From a virus (taxonomy: Duplodnaviria; Heunggongvirae; Uroviricota; Caudoviricetes): a stretch of DNA of 64,000 bases. Position numbers and translations under genes: made by a program. A model generated the notes under the pieces. It had not been told where the DNA came from. It was given only the letters and a program-made list of their open reading frames with translations, and ran no database searches. The stretch lies in IMG/VR virus record IMGVR_UViG_3300029537_000168. One strand, 5' to 3'. Positions 47,241 to 56,543 of this stretch are shown in pieces (within the stretch, counting starts at the first letter, position 1; each line of letters begins with the position of its first letter).

Positions 47241-50200
47241 TTAATCATCTTCAAAACGCTTCTTTTCCTCCCACTCTTCGTCGGTTTCCGGGCAGGAAAG
47301 TATCTCCTTGGAGTCTTTGGGTTCCTCACCCAACTTGTAGAAGAAGCACACACGGGTAAATTTTCGGGTGCGTTCCTCACGACGGATCGTGTCGTTCATA
47401 AACTCCTGCTCCCAGGCGTAGTGACGGGGATATTTGGAGCCTTTGTCCGAGCGGTAGACGATGGAAGGGTTCATGGTGTACTGCATATTGAAGCAGTAAG
47501 CCTGCATCTTTTCTATCATTTCGTTCTTCACGGATTTCACGCTCTGCAATGTCACCGCGTCGCCCCGGTGTTCCAGGTAGCTGATGGCCATTTCACTGAT
47601 AGATACCGGACGGCACCAGTGCCACTGGTTCGCAAAGAAATGATTGGCCCAGTCAATGAATACCTGGTCCTTGATGGCGGAGTAAAGGATTCGCATCTGT
47701 CCGTCCTGCGACATGGGCGGTATCAGGCTTTCCTGCAGGCCGAGGTAGAACTGACAGCTTTGCAGCATCATGTACACCGCTTCGTCACGTTCTTCTTCGG
47801 TGGCTTCCAGAAAGATGTCTTTCCCGAACTTTGTCTGCGGCGTGCGTTTCTTGAACTGGCCGGCGTAGTCCTCGTCGTGGTAGTAATCGCTCTGCATGGC
47901 CAGGAAGATACGGCGTGAGGTGCTTCCTTCGGTCATATCGAACGGCATCTTGTTCATGGTAATGAATATCTTCGGGGTTGCCTCGCGCGGCAGTGTCATT
48001 TCATCGTGATACAGGGTCTTTACCGTAATGCTGTCCGTAATGTTGTAGAACTCGCTGCCCATCATGTCGGGACGAAGGTCGTCCATCAGACACATGCTGT
48101 CTACGGTATAATGGAACTTGTCGAAGTTCTTGGCCATGTTCTCTTTCTTCTTCAAGGTCTGACCGGGTATGTAGCACACCTTCCGCACCAGCTCGAAGAA
48201 GGAACGGAAGAAACTTTTTCCGGTACCTCCGCTGTTCTTTCCTTCGTCGGCCACGGTGTATTCCGTCACGACTCCCATCTTCTGCATGGTTCCTGTACGG
48301 TATCGCGAAAGCATGTAGCCCATGAGCGCTACCTTGCAAATAAAGTGCATGTCCTGTCGCTGCTTTTCCAGCTCGGTAAGCGGATAGCCTTCGGCTTCCT
48401 TTCGCCAGTGTATGCGGCTGGTGTCGTACAGCCACTGCACGCAGACAGGCATCTGGTCAATGTCTTTCGGCATTTTCAGCAGAAAGCGGTACAGACGCTG
48501 GTAGGCGATGAACTCTGCATCCTCACGGCGGCGCTCGTTCTCGTTCATCCGCTTGTCGGCCATTCGCTGATCGTTCAGCTCCTTACGTGCGGCATATTCC
48601 GGATTCTCCTCGATAGTGAAAAGCGGAGACTTCATCGGATGGTAATCGGCGTCAATAATCGCCTTCCGGTTGACATGGAAAGGCAGGTCCACGTAGTCCA
48701 CCGGCTCAATGCTGTCGGCCGTCACCTTCACGGCGCAGTTGCGGAAGAAGAAATAATCGAAATCCTTCCCCCACGACATGAAGTTCAGGTCTACTTTCTT
48801 GATTCCGGACATGGTGTCGCGTCCGATTTTCTTCTGGGTACTGATGGCGTTGCTCAGTTCCTCGGAGTAATACTGTGAGTTGTATATCAGAAAGTCTTTC
48901 ATGATTTCCTTGGCTTCGCTCAGTGCCTGGCTCTCTTCCACCACATCGACAATGTTGTTGCTGATATGCACAAACTTGGTGGTATCCGCTTCGTCGGTGT
49001 ATTTGTAGAATCCGTTGGCCGAAAGGAACTGGGCCATATTATCGAAGTTCAGGGTATATTTCCGGACCACTACCTTGCTTTCGTCTTCCTGCTTTTTGGT
49101 CTGGTACTGCACATCCCAGAACCGCATCCGGCGGGCGGTCTTTAGCAGGTCGTCGAAGTAGCGGTTTACGTTGGTGTGCATGAGCTTTTCATTGCGGCGC
49201 ATCACTGCCGGGTAGAAATTGAAGAACTCTTCGGCATCCTTGCATGCTTTCCCGCTGCGGGGATTGTACTGGGTGGAGAGGTCTTCGGGCAGGTAGAGCA
49301 CTTTCAGCTCCACGTGTTTCATGGCCAGCCGGTTCATGGCGCGTATGCCGGTGCGGTCAATGTCATACAGCACAAACACTTCCATGGAGATGTTCAGCAG
49401 GCGACGGATGGTTTCCGACGAAATCTCCACACTCTCGGAGTGGGGAAACACCACATGAGCGTCGCTATGGAAGTACACATTGATGGCATCGCGCGGGCCG
49501 GAACAGATTACGATACGGCGGAACACGTCGGCAAAAGCGCGGGTGCGCCGTCCTTGCTCGTCCACACGGGTTTTATCAATGTTGATAATGGGATGTCCTT
49601 CCTTGTCGGAGGTCTCCACACGTCCGGTCTGCAGGGCACGCATCACGTCTGCGTCGCCATAGATTTCCTTGTAGAATCCTTCCGGACGGCTTCCTCCCTG
49701 GTACCACCAGGTAAATTTGTAGTTGGGCTGGCGGCGGCCGTCCGCATCGGTCGTCTCGCGGAAATAGGGCTCGTACTTGCGTGCCCACCATCCGTTCTCG
49801 TCTTCGTATCGGAAAAGGAATACCGGGTAAGAAGCTGTGGACTTCACTTCGTAGCTGGTCAGCACGCCGTCGGAATCGGCCTTTTCGGGGGTAACGTAGC
49901 TTTCCAGCGGATAGAGGTTGAAAATGGTGCTTAGCTGGGTGCTGTCGAAGGGAGCGGGCATGTCGCCACGGTAGAAATCGGGATTGAACGAACAGCGCAA
50001 CAGGTTGTTTCCGTCGGCATCGGTCACGGCTGTCTGCTCGGTGCCTTCGCTTGTGTTTTTCCCGGTGCGGAACACGGGGAGCACCTGGCAGCCCAGCGCA
50101 CGGAGCTCAGCGGGTGTAAACTCGCCCTCACGGATGCGGAAATCCACTTCCGGCTGCGGGGCGGTCTTGCGTGCCCGGTGGAAGAATCCGTTCTTGTAAT

Positions 50201-50540
50201 CTCCTTCAATAATCAGGTTGAAGTCTTTGGCCAGCCGGTTCACCGCATCCGGAAAGTCGTGTTTCTCTCCTGCGCGTTCTAAGAGACGCTGCTGCAGCAT
50301 GATGGCCCCTACCCCCTTGCTCCGGTTCTGCTCGCCGCATACGAAGCAATTGAAGGCTGCATAGCGTTCGCCCTTTGGCGGGAACTTGCTTACACAGAAA
50401 CTTCCGTTCTTCTCGTCGTGAAACGGGCAGCGGTAGAATACGCTGCGTGCGGTCTGCGATGCGGGAAGGTATCCGTTGTTGCGCATCACGTCAGGAAGAG
50501 GAAGCGCATTGAGTTTATCAACTGTTTTTTCAGAAATCAT
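47241..50540 (-). CDS. primase-helicase (CHC2 zinc finger, TOPRIM, P-loop)
   Basis: CPFHDEK..CFVC; ICSGPRD..YDID; GGTGKS Walker A, LMDD Walker B. Confidence 0.88.
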   Translation of the reverse strand: MISEKTVDKLNALPLPDVMRNNGYLPASQTARSVFYRCPFHDEKNGSFCVSKFPPKGERYAAFNCFVCGEQNRSKGVGAIMLQQRLLERAGEKHDFPDAVNRLAKDFNLIIEGDYKNGFFHRARKTAPQPEVDFRIREGEFTPAELRALGCQVLPVFRTGKNTSEGTEQTAVTDADGNNLLRCSFNPDFYRGDMPAPFDSTQLSTIFNLYPLESYVTPEKADSDGVLTSYEVKSTASYPVFLFRYEDENGWWARKYEPYFRETTDADGRRQPNYKFTWWYQGGSRPEGFYKEIYGDADVMRALQTGRVETSDKEGHPIINIDKTRVDEQGRRTRAFADVFRRIVICSGPRDAINVYFHSDAHVVFPHSESVEISSETIRRLLNISMEVFVLYDIDRTGIRAMNRLAMKHVELKVLYLPEDLSTQYNPRSGKACKDAEEFFNFYPAVMRRNEKLMHTNVNRYFDDLLKTARRMRFWDVQYQTKKQEDESKVVVRKYTLNFDNMAQFLSANGFYKYTDEADTTKFVHISNNIVDVVEESQALSEAKEIMKDFLIYNSQYYSEELSNAISTQKKIGRDTMSGIKKVDLNFMSWGKDFDYFFFRNCAVKVTADSIEPVDYVDLPFHVNRKAIIDADYHPMKSPLFTIEENPEYAARKELNDQRMADKRMNENERRREDAEFIAYQRLYRFLLKMPKDIDQMPVCVQWLYDTSRIHWRKEAEGYPLTELEKQRQDMHFICKVALMGYMLSRYRTGTMQKMGVVTEYTVADEGKNSGGTGKSFFRSFFELVRKVCYIPGQTLKKKENMAKNFDKFHYTVDSMCLMDDLRPDMMGSEFYNITDSITVKTLYHDEMTLPREATPKIFITMNKMPFDMTEGSTSRRIFLAMQSDYYHDEDYAGQFKKRTPQTKFGKDIFLEATEEERDEAVYMMLQSCQFYLGLQESLIPPMSQDGQMRILYSAIKDQVFIDWANHFFANQWHWCRPVSISEMAISYLEHRGDAVTLQSVKSVKNEMIEKMQAYCFNMQYTMNPSIVYRSDKGSKYPRHYAWEQEFMNDTIRREERTRKFTRVCFFYKLGEEPKDSKEILSCPETDEEWEEKKRFEDD

Positions 50541-50551
50541 TTCAGGGAATT

Positions 50552-50845
50552 TTAATAGAGGAATTTCACCTCGTAGTTCATGCTTACCATTTTGGCTTGT
50601 ATCATTTCTTTCAGGCTATCGGGCAGGCACATCATAGGGTCTGGTTCATGCAGGTAAATTGTATCTTCCTGCACGCTTCCTGTGGCAGAATATCCGTCGT
50701 ACACCAGCTCGTTCATGAGCTTCTGCATGCACGACTTCGACAGGTTACTGCAAGCTATGCTCACGCTACCTTCCGGATAGCCTATCGCTATTTCCGTGTG
50801 GCGCACATGGAAACGCTGTTCATATACCGCTCTGCTTCGTTTCAT
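50552..50845 (-). CDS. hypothetical protein
   Basis: 97-aa ORF. Confidence 0.55.
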   Translation of the reverse strand: MKRSRAVYEQRFHVRHTEIAIGYPEGSVSIACSNLSKSCMQKLMNELVYDGYSATGSVQEDTIYLHEPDPMMCLPDSLKEMIQAKMVSMNYEVKFLY

Positions 50846-51477
50846 ACCAGCCGCTTTCCTTTTAGTGTCAACATAAGCTCAGGACGTGTAGCCACACCCA
50901 ACTTCGCAAAAATACGTTTCCGCATGTTGTCTATATTGGAATAGCTGCATCCCATTTCGTCGGCAATCTCTTCGTAGGTGAGCGAAGTATTTACCAGCAT
51001 GTTCGCCACAGCAGCTTGAGTGGGAGTCAGTCCGCACTCGTACACCGGATTGCAGCACACCTCCTTTTTATCCTTGAAGGCGGGGTTGAATCCGTTGAAC
51101 GGACAGTTATATCGCATAGGGCAGTGCGTGTTCTCGGTGTTGAAGTCTTCCGGACCTTCATGGTCGGGAATATCGTCCTCGCGTCCGAAACAACAGTTCA
51201 GGCTTACCAGCGCAAGCTCTGACAGATAGCGGCCGCGAAGGTTCCGTATGGTCTTATAAGAACGTCCAAGTCGCATCTGCAGAAGCTGGTCGGCTGCCAC
51301 CAGGTGTGAGGGATAGTTTTTCTTCATCTCGTCGAGGTATTCCTCTACGAAGTCAATTCCCGTCTTTCCGTCGTTCTTTACCGTAATTTCCTCTCCGCCT
51401 TCAAAAACAATTCTTGAGAATCCGTCCTGAAGGCGTGTATATGCTTCCCATTGTCTTTCCAGCATGTATCCCATCAC
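50842..51477 (-). CDS. LuxR-type HTH regulator with Cys cluster
   Basis: LTPTQAAVA..TYEEIADEMGCSYSNI..IFAKLGV; HCPMRYNCP. Confidence 0.85.
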   Translation of the reverse strand: MMGYMLERQWEAYTRLQDGFSRIVFEGGEEITVKNDGKTGIDFVEEYLDEMKKNYPSHLVAADQLLQMRLGRSYKTIRNLRGRYLSELALVSLNCCFGREDDIPDHEGPEDFNTENTHCPMRYNCPFNGFNPAFKDKKEVCCNPVYECGLTPTQAAVANMLVNTSLTYEEIADEMGCSYSNIDNMRKRIFAKLGVATRPELMLTLKGKRLV

Positions 51478-51854
51478 ATTTCCTCCATTTGTTTCTTGTA
51501 CTCCTTATAAATAGATTCCAGCCCGCGAAGCTCTACTTCCGTGAAATCGAAGTTACGGAAATGCGCACGCAGCGCATGTTCGCCCATACCTCGTTCTTTC
51601 ATGAACTCGATAAATTCTCCCTTCTTTCTCACACCGGAAAAGAAGTCTTTCAGTTCCCCTTCGTAGTCAGGATCAAAATCTCTCAGGCATTTTTCCACGC
51701 CTTCCGCCTCCCACCGGCGCACGCGGTTCAACCTGATCTTCTGGTACGCCGTGCTCATGCTCATTCCGTAATGTTCCACCAGGTAGCGGCTAAATCCCAG
51801 CCGCATGGGGCTCAACTTTTTTTCGGATAATGCTTCAATGATGCTCATTTTCAT
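51474..51854 (-). CDS. Cro-position DNA-binding protein
   Basis: Divergent from repressor; two HTH-like halves. Confidence 0.55.
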   Translation of the reverse strand: MKMSIIEALSEKKLSPMRLGFSRYLVEHYGMSMSTAYQKIRLNRVRRWEAEGVEKCLRDFDPDYEGELKDFFSGVRKKGEFIEFMKERGMGEHALRAHFRNFDFTEVELRGLESIYKEYKKQMEEM

Positions 51855-51919
51855 ACTTCTGATATATATTGTCGTTTCTCGCTTTTGCGGTTTCGGTCGT
51901 TTTTTGTTATTTTTACCCC

Positions 51920-51980
51920 ACAAAGTAACAATTTTAATTTGACAATCGCATTATAATTGTTACTGAAATAACAATTTTAA
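51920..51980. promoter_or_regulatory. divergent control region with operator (copy D) plus extra half-site
   Basis: GTAACAATTTTAA-N13-TTATAATTGTTAC then TAACAATTTTAA. Confidence 0.7.
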
Positions 51981-51992
51981 ACTGATTTTTTT

Positions 51993-53282
51993 ATGTATTA
52001 TTTCAATTCTTTCCTGTTCAATAATCTTCCCAAGCTCTTCGGCCTGAGCGAAAAAGGCGTGTCGGAGAAGGTGTACGGAAAATCATACATGTATAAAAGA
52101 AAGGTTGATAATCAAGACAATATACTTGTGCATGACATCGTAATGGTGTGCAACACATTCCACATAAGCCTGTCAAACTTCATTATGTCGGCTCCTCCTG
52201 AAAATTTACTCGGAAATCGCTTTAAATATGTCATACCGGATGAAGATTTTAAGGAGGTGAGATTCATACCCGAAAACTTGCGGTTCCTTTACGGTCCGCA
52301 GGGACTTACTAATATACCTTCACTCGCTGAATTCTCGCGTCAGATCGGAATATCAGTCACAAGCATCGTTAGATGGCAGAATCCGAAGATAGGCGGGTGC
52401 ACGGTTAACTGGCTTATCGGGGTATGCAACCGTTTCGGCATCGACATAGACGTATTCATGGAAGATAAAAACGAGAAACTTCAAAAATATGAAGCCACAG
52501 AAATAGGTATTTCTCCACGAGTTTGGCAGGAAATCTCAGATTTAAAAGAAACTATCAGAGAATACAGGCAAGAAAGGACCTCTCTTTTGGAAGAAAATCG
52601 TAAATTAAAAATACGAATTAAAGAAGCGGGACTTTTATCAGAAGAAAACGCGGAATATATATATGCAGGTAATAAAATAAGAGAATGGAAAGCCAACTTG
52701 AATCTCCTTGAAAACTTTCATATCGTTGTGGGAGTAGCAAGACAAAAAGTAATTCAGGTTGCTGGTATGCAATACTTTAGCGAGCTGTTTATAGAAGGTA
52801 ACATGCAGATTACCTCACTGATAAAACTATGCAATAAATACCACATCAGCACAAGGCATATATTTTATCGGGACAATGGGATTGAACCAAAGATAAACGT
52901 GTACGACTATTACCGGTCGGAAAATTGGAAAACAATAGTATTCCACCCTGAATATATAAATGATTTCTTTGGGAAAGATAGTGTGACGGGGAAAAACCGT
53001 TCGGAACTAATTAAAACAATGGATCTTAGCGAATGGAAAATACGCTCTTGGAGGAAAGAAAAAAGCACCATGCGCATAAAAGACATGCTTGATATATGTA
53101 ATAGACTTGAAGTGACACCTTACTGCCTGATTACAGACTTAAACCGTATGGACCTTTCCAGCGGGATGACCAGTGCGGAAATCCTGCTGGAAGAGAACCG
53201 TATGCTCCGCCAGCAGGTTATCCGACTGAAAGAAAAACTACAGAAGAAAAACGGAGAAGGATTCCTTCCGTTAGACGAATGA
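51993..53282 (+). CDS. repressor-like protein with four XRE-like HTH units
   Basis: Internal duplication; SLAEFSRQIGISVTSIVRW, RSELIKTMDLSEWKIRSW; only long plus-strand gene. Confidence 0.7.
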   Translation: MYYFNSFLFNNLPKLFGLSEKGVSEKVYGKSYMYKRKVDNQDNILVHDIVMVCNTFHISLSNFIMSAPPENLLGNRFKYVIPDEDFKEVRFIPENLRFLYGPQGLTNIPSLAEFSRQIGISVTSIVRWQNPKIGGCTVNWLIGVCNRFGIDIDVFMEDKNEKLQKYEATEIGISPRVWQEISDLKETIREYRQERTSLLEENRKLKIRIKEAGLLSEENAEYIYAGNKIREWKANLNLLENFHIVVGVARQKVIQVAGMQYFSELFIEGNMQITSLIKLCNKYHISTRHIFYRDNGIEPKINVYDYYRSENWKTIVFHPEYINDFFGKDSVTGKNRSELIKTMDLSEWKIRSWRKEKSTMRIKDMLDICNRLEVTPYCLITDLNRMDLSSGMTSAEILLEENRMLRQQVIRLKEKLQKKNGEGFLPLDE

Positions 53283-54392
53283 ATTCAGCGTACTTCCTGA
53301 GAATCCATACCGCACACTGAAATTCACGGACAGCATACCGGGTTTAGCGCGGTCATAAAGTTTGTTCGTCTCTTCTGGTATGATGGCGACGGGTATGTAT
53401 GTGCCGTTGTCGTACATCCATGCCTTTCGCGTCACCACAAATTCCGTGAGCCACCACTCGGCCCACTCCCTGTTTACAAATCCGCTGCTCATGGAAAAAG
53501 TTCCTGAAGGCGTCTGTGCATAGCTGGCAGTGCGCGTGGTAGCACGGTAGGAAATGTCAGCAGGAAGCGTGTAAAGCTCACTCTGTATGTCATACTCCAG
53601 CGAATCGCGCGTAAAAGCGACTACACTTTCCATCAGACCGAACCCGTTCAGGAATATGAAGTGGCGCATGAGCGGGTTTGTCTTTACCGCATAGCGCTTC
53701 TTCCCGGTTTCAAATCCGGTGTTCACTGTAAGCTCACCTTCCTTCAACGATGATGTGATTATTTGCAATGAATCCGGAACCAGCGCACCACGTGTGTATT
53801 CGGAATATTCTTTCGATTCTTCTCCCTGCACTACGCTGTAGGTAATGGTGTCCGATCGGGTACTTACCGCAGGAATACACAGCATCCATCCCAATGGGAC
53901 AATATCTCCCTCCGGTTTACGGCTCAAGATACGTCCCTCACCTAAAATCTCTGTGGTATCTACATTGGATGTGGTAAGGCGTTCAAACTCCGTGAGCCTT
54001 CCGGGTATGGCATTGTACTGCTCGGAAGTGGTTTCACCTTCTTCTATCTCTACCATCCCGTCCAGATAAGATTCTTTGTAAGTAATGGTGTATCGTGCGG
54101 CGTATATCATCTGTGAAAGGGCCTGCGTGCCGTTCACATCAAACGTCATCTTTCGTGACAGCGTAGTTTTTATGGTTTCTCCAATATTGAAAACGGCTAT
54201 CCCGTCAGATCCTACCTCAAAGGAGTAACTTTCTGAATAAGGAAACTCTTCAGATCCGGCAAATGCGGTGGCATTGACCGTAATCTTTATGCGGAGAAAA
54301 GTTTTTCCGCTCAGCGTGGTTTTTGCCTTAACCACTATGGGGTCGCCTGCAAATGCTATCTGTGGCGGCTGCTGTAATACCTGTATTGCCAT
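53271..54392 (-). CDS. tail/baseplate protein
   Basis: Downstream of TMP; FIFLNGFGLMES motif. Confidence 0.6.
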   Translation of the reverse strand: MAIQVLQQPPQIAFAGDPIVVKAKTTLSGKTFLRIKITVNATAFAGSEEFPYSESYSFEVGSDGIAVFNIGETIKTTLSRKMTFDVNGTQALSQMIYAARYTITYKESYLDGMVEIEEGETTSEQYNAIPGRLTEFERLTTSNVDTTEILGEGRILSRKPEGDIVPLGWMLCIPAVSTRSDTITYSVVQGEESKEYSEYTRGALVPDSLQIITSSLKEGELTVNTGFETGKKRYAVKTNPLMRHFIFLNGFGLMESVVAFTRDSLEYDIQSELYTLPADISYRATTRTASYAQTPSGTFSMSSGFVNREWAEWWLTEFVVTRKAWMYDNGTYIPVAIIPEETNKLYDRAKPGMLSVNFSVRYGFSGSTLNSFV

Positions 54393-54406
54393 GTTTTATT
54401 TCTTCG

Positions 54407-56536
54407 TTAAATGGTATATAGTTCGATTGTCACCTCCGTAATCCCGCTACGGTCAATGCTGTAGGATAACTTATTGATGAATCCCACATAGTTACCTATC
54501 TGGTAGCGCTTGAGCATATCCAGTCCTGCAATCTGCGATATGGTCATTCTTACTGTCAGTATCACGGTCTTCCGGTTGTAAAGGAAGTAAAGATACTCCG
54601 AAAGGAATTTTGACACCAGCCCACGGTCCTGGTATGCCTGAGAAGCGGGATACTTGTCTTTCCCGGCCACCAGCTTGAGCGAGAATCGTCCGGTCTGGTC
54701 TACTCCACCCTGCTCCGTGCCGTTGTAATCAAAGAACCGTCCAAAGTTATCGCAGCTGTCGGCTGTAAAAGCACTGTTGGCTACCGTATGTACCCACGAG
54801 TCGTTTCCTTCACCGTCGTAATTAGGACTATAGTCTATGCCAGATTTGCTACCAGGACCGCGCATGATTCCAAGACAAAATCCGGCATCGTAAGTACGCA
54901 TGGGTGATTCTTCTGCTGATTCTTTGTCATAATTTTCATCGGAAAGATAGCTCAGCGTTATCTCATGCTTGTATCTCATCATGTGAGAAGGTGCTACGCC
55001 CAATATCCCGGGAATAAGACTGAAACTTGCATTCCTTTCCGACAGAAGTTCCTGATCGGCAAATACAGCCAGAATCTGCTGACCTTCTTTACCAGACATA
55101 GCCTCTGAAACTACTGTCTGACCGTTTACATCATTTATCATCACCGGAGCAAAGTTGATAGATATTTCATCTTCCTCTTCTTCCGTCGATGTGCCTCCGA
55201 TTAAATAATCACGGAATCCACCAACCTCAAACAACGAAGGATTTCCTCCAGTATTCTCGTCCACTTTTATACGATAGGAGTTCCCTGTAAGTTTATCCTG
55301 ATAGCATGTAGTGTCATTGGATGCTTGTCCCTGCTGAAGAATCTCCATGTAATTATTCTTTTCCTTCACATTGGAATAATCATCATAATTGAATGCAGTA
55401 TCATCTTCCTGGCCGTATGTAAGGCGTATGGTCTTTTCTTTTGATTTTTTCAACTGCATTCCCACTATTTCCACATCAAGAATGGATATTTCATTCGATT
55501 TCAGAATGTCTTTTATATATATGACATCCATCGTATTTCTTGCACTATCGTACAAGAACCGAACACCAAAAGCGTTTTGCAGGTCTTCAATCAAATCTTC
55601 CATTTCTACATCCGGGAAATTCTGATTGGTAGCAAAAACATTCACCGCGCTATAAGAAAAATTCTGGGTAAGGAATGTCGCAATTTTTCTGTATGAATTA
55701 GCACCTGGAATTACATTATACTTTAAGTCATAATGAAGAGAAAATGATGAACCCATAAAATTATTCATCATAATATCTGTCCATGATACAGAAAACGAAT
55801 CTCCCTTTTCTTCCGTATGACACTGCGTGCTGAAAAATGCCAGGCGGCACATATCTTCCATTGTGGACAAATCGTTCTTTTGTACACCGATATTCAGATA
55901 TTTGAAGAAACAATCAAGAAGATACATTACGTAGAAGCATACACCGCTGTACGGTCTTCTGGGTTCCAATATATTATAGCTTCCTGCATCGTTTGGTGTA
56001 CATACCCTTACATTGCAATATGGCTTTATAGGATAAGGGTACGATTCGTTGCTCTCGGTGTAATTCATTACTCCATCGTTAAGGTATATGGTTATAAATA
56101 AATTATCATCCATATAGGAATATTGTGTGGAAGCTGATTTTACCCTATACCCCAGTTTTATCTCCCTGTCGAGAGGAATATCCCTTGCATTCATTCCCTC
56201 TATACGGTCCATGAAATCACTGTTACCGGAAATGAATGTGACGGGAAGTGTATCTTCAAACTCCACTTCATCGTCGGTTTCTATCACACCACGGTATATC
56301 ATTATGCCGTCCACCCAAAGCTCTGCGGGCATACGGTCAATGTCCTTCAGGTTAATGTCTCCCCACGGATCGGCAATGTTCTTGAAAATTTCACGGTTTG
56401 GCCCCAGCGGAATTTCGAAAGGGAACGAGAATGTTCCCTGGTCATTGAAAAGCGGGTTCGACTGCTCCAGTGTAATGGAAAAATCTTCCGACAGCTTTAC
56501 CCACTGGCTGTTAATCTTTATCTGTAGTCCTTTCAT
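54407..56536 (-). CDS. tail tip/baseplate protein
   Basis: Directly downstream of TMP; ITLEQSNPLF..FSFPFEIP. Confidence 0.65.
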   Translation of the reverse strand: MKGLQIKINSQWVKLSEDFSITLEQSNPLFNDQGTFSFPFEIPLGPNREIFKNIADPWGDINLKDIDRMPAELWVDGIMIYRGVIETDDEVEFEDTLPVTFISGNSDFMDRIEGMNARDIPLDREIKLGYRVKSASTQYSYMDDNLFITIYLNDGVMNYTESNESYPYPIKPYCNVRVCTPNDAGSYNILEPRRPYSGVCFYVMYLLDCFFKYLNIGVQKNDLSTMEDMCRLAFFSTQCHTEEKGDSFSVSWTDIMMNNFMGSSFSLHYDLKYNVIPGANSYRKIATFLTQNFSYSAVNVFATNQNFPDVEMEDLIEDLQNAFGVRFLYDSARNTMDVIYIKDILKSNEISILDVEIVGMQLKKSKEKTIRLTYGQEDDTAFNYDDYSNVKEKNNYMEILQQGQASNDTTCYQDKLTGNSYRIKVDENTGGNPSLFEVGGFRDYLIGGTSTEEEEDEISINFAPVMINDVNGQTVVSEAMSGKEGQQILAVFADQELLSERNASFSLIPGILGVAPSHMMRYKHEITLSYLSDENYDKESAEESPMRTYDAGFCLGIMRGPGSKSGIDYSPNYDGEGNDSWVHTVANSAFTADSCDNFGRFFDYNGTEQGGVDQTGRFSLKLVAGKDKYPASQAYQDRGLVSKFLSEYLYFLYNRKTVILTVRMTISQIAGLDMLKRYQIGNYVGFINKLSYSIDRSGITEVTIELYTI

Positions 56537-56543
56537 CGTGTCG

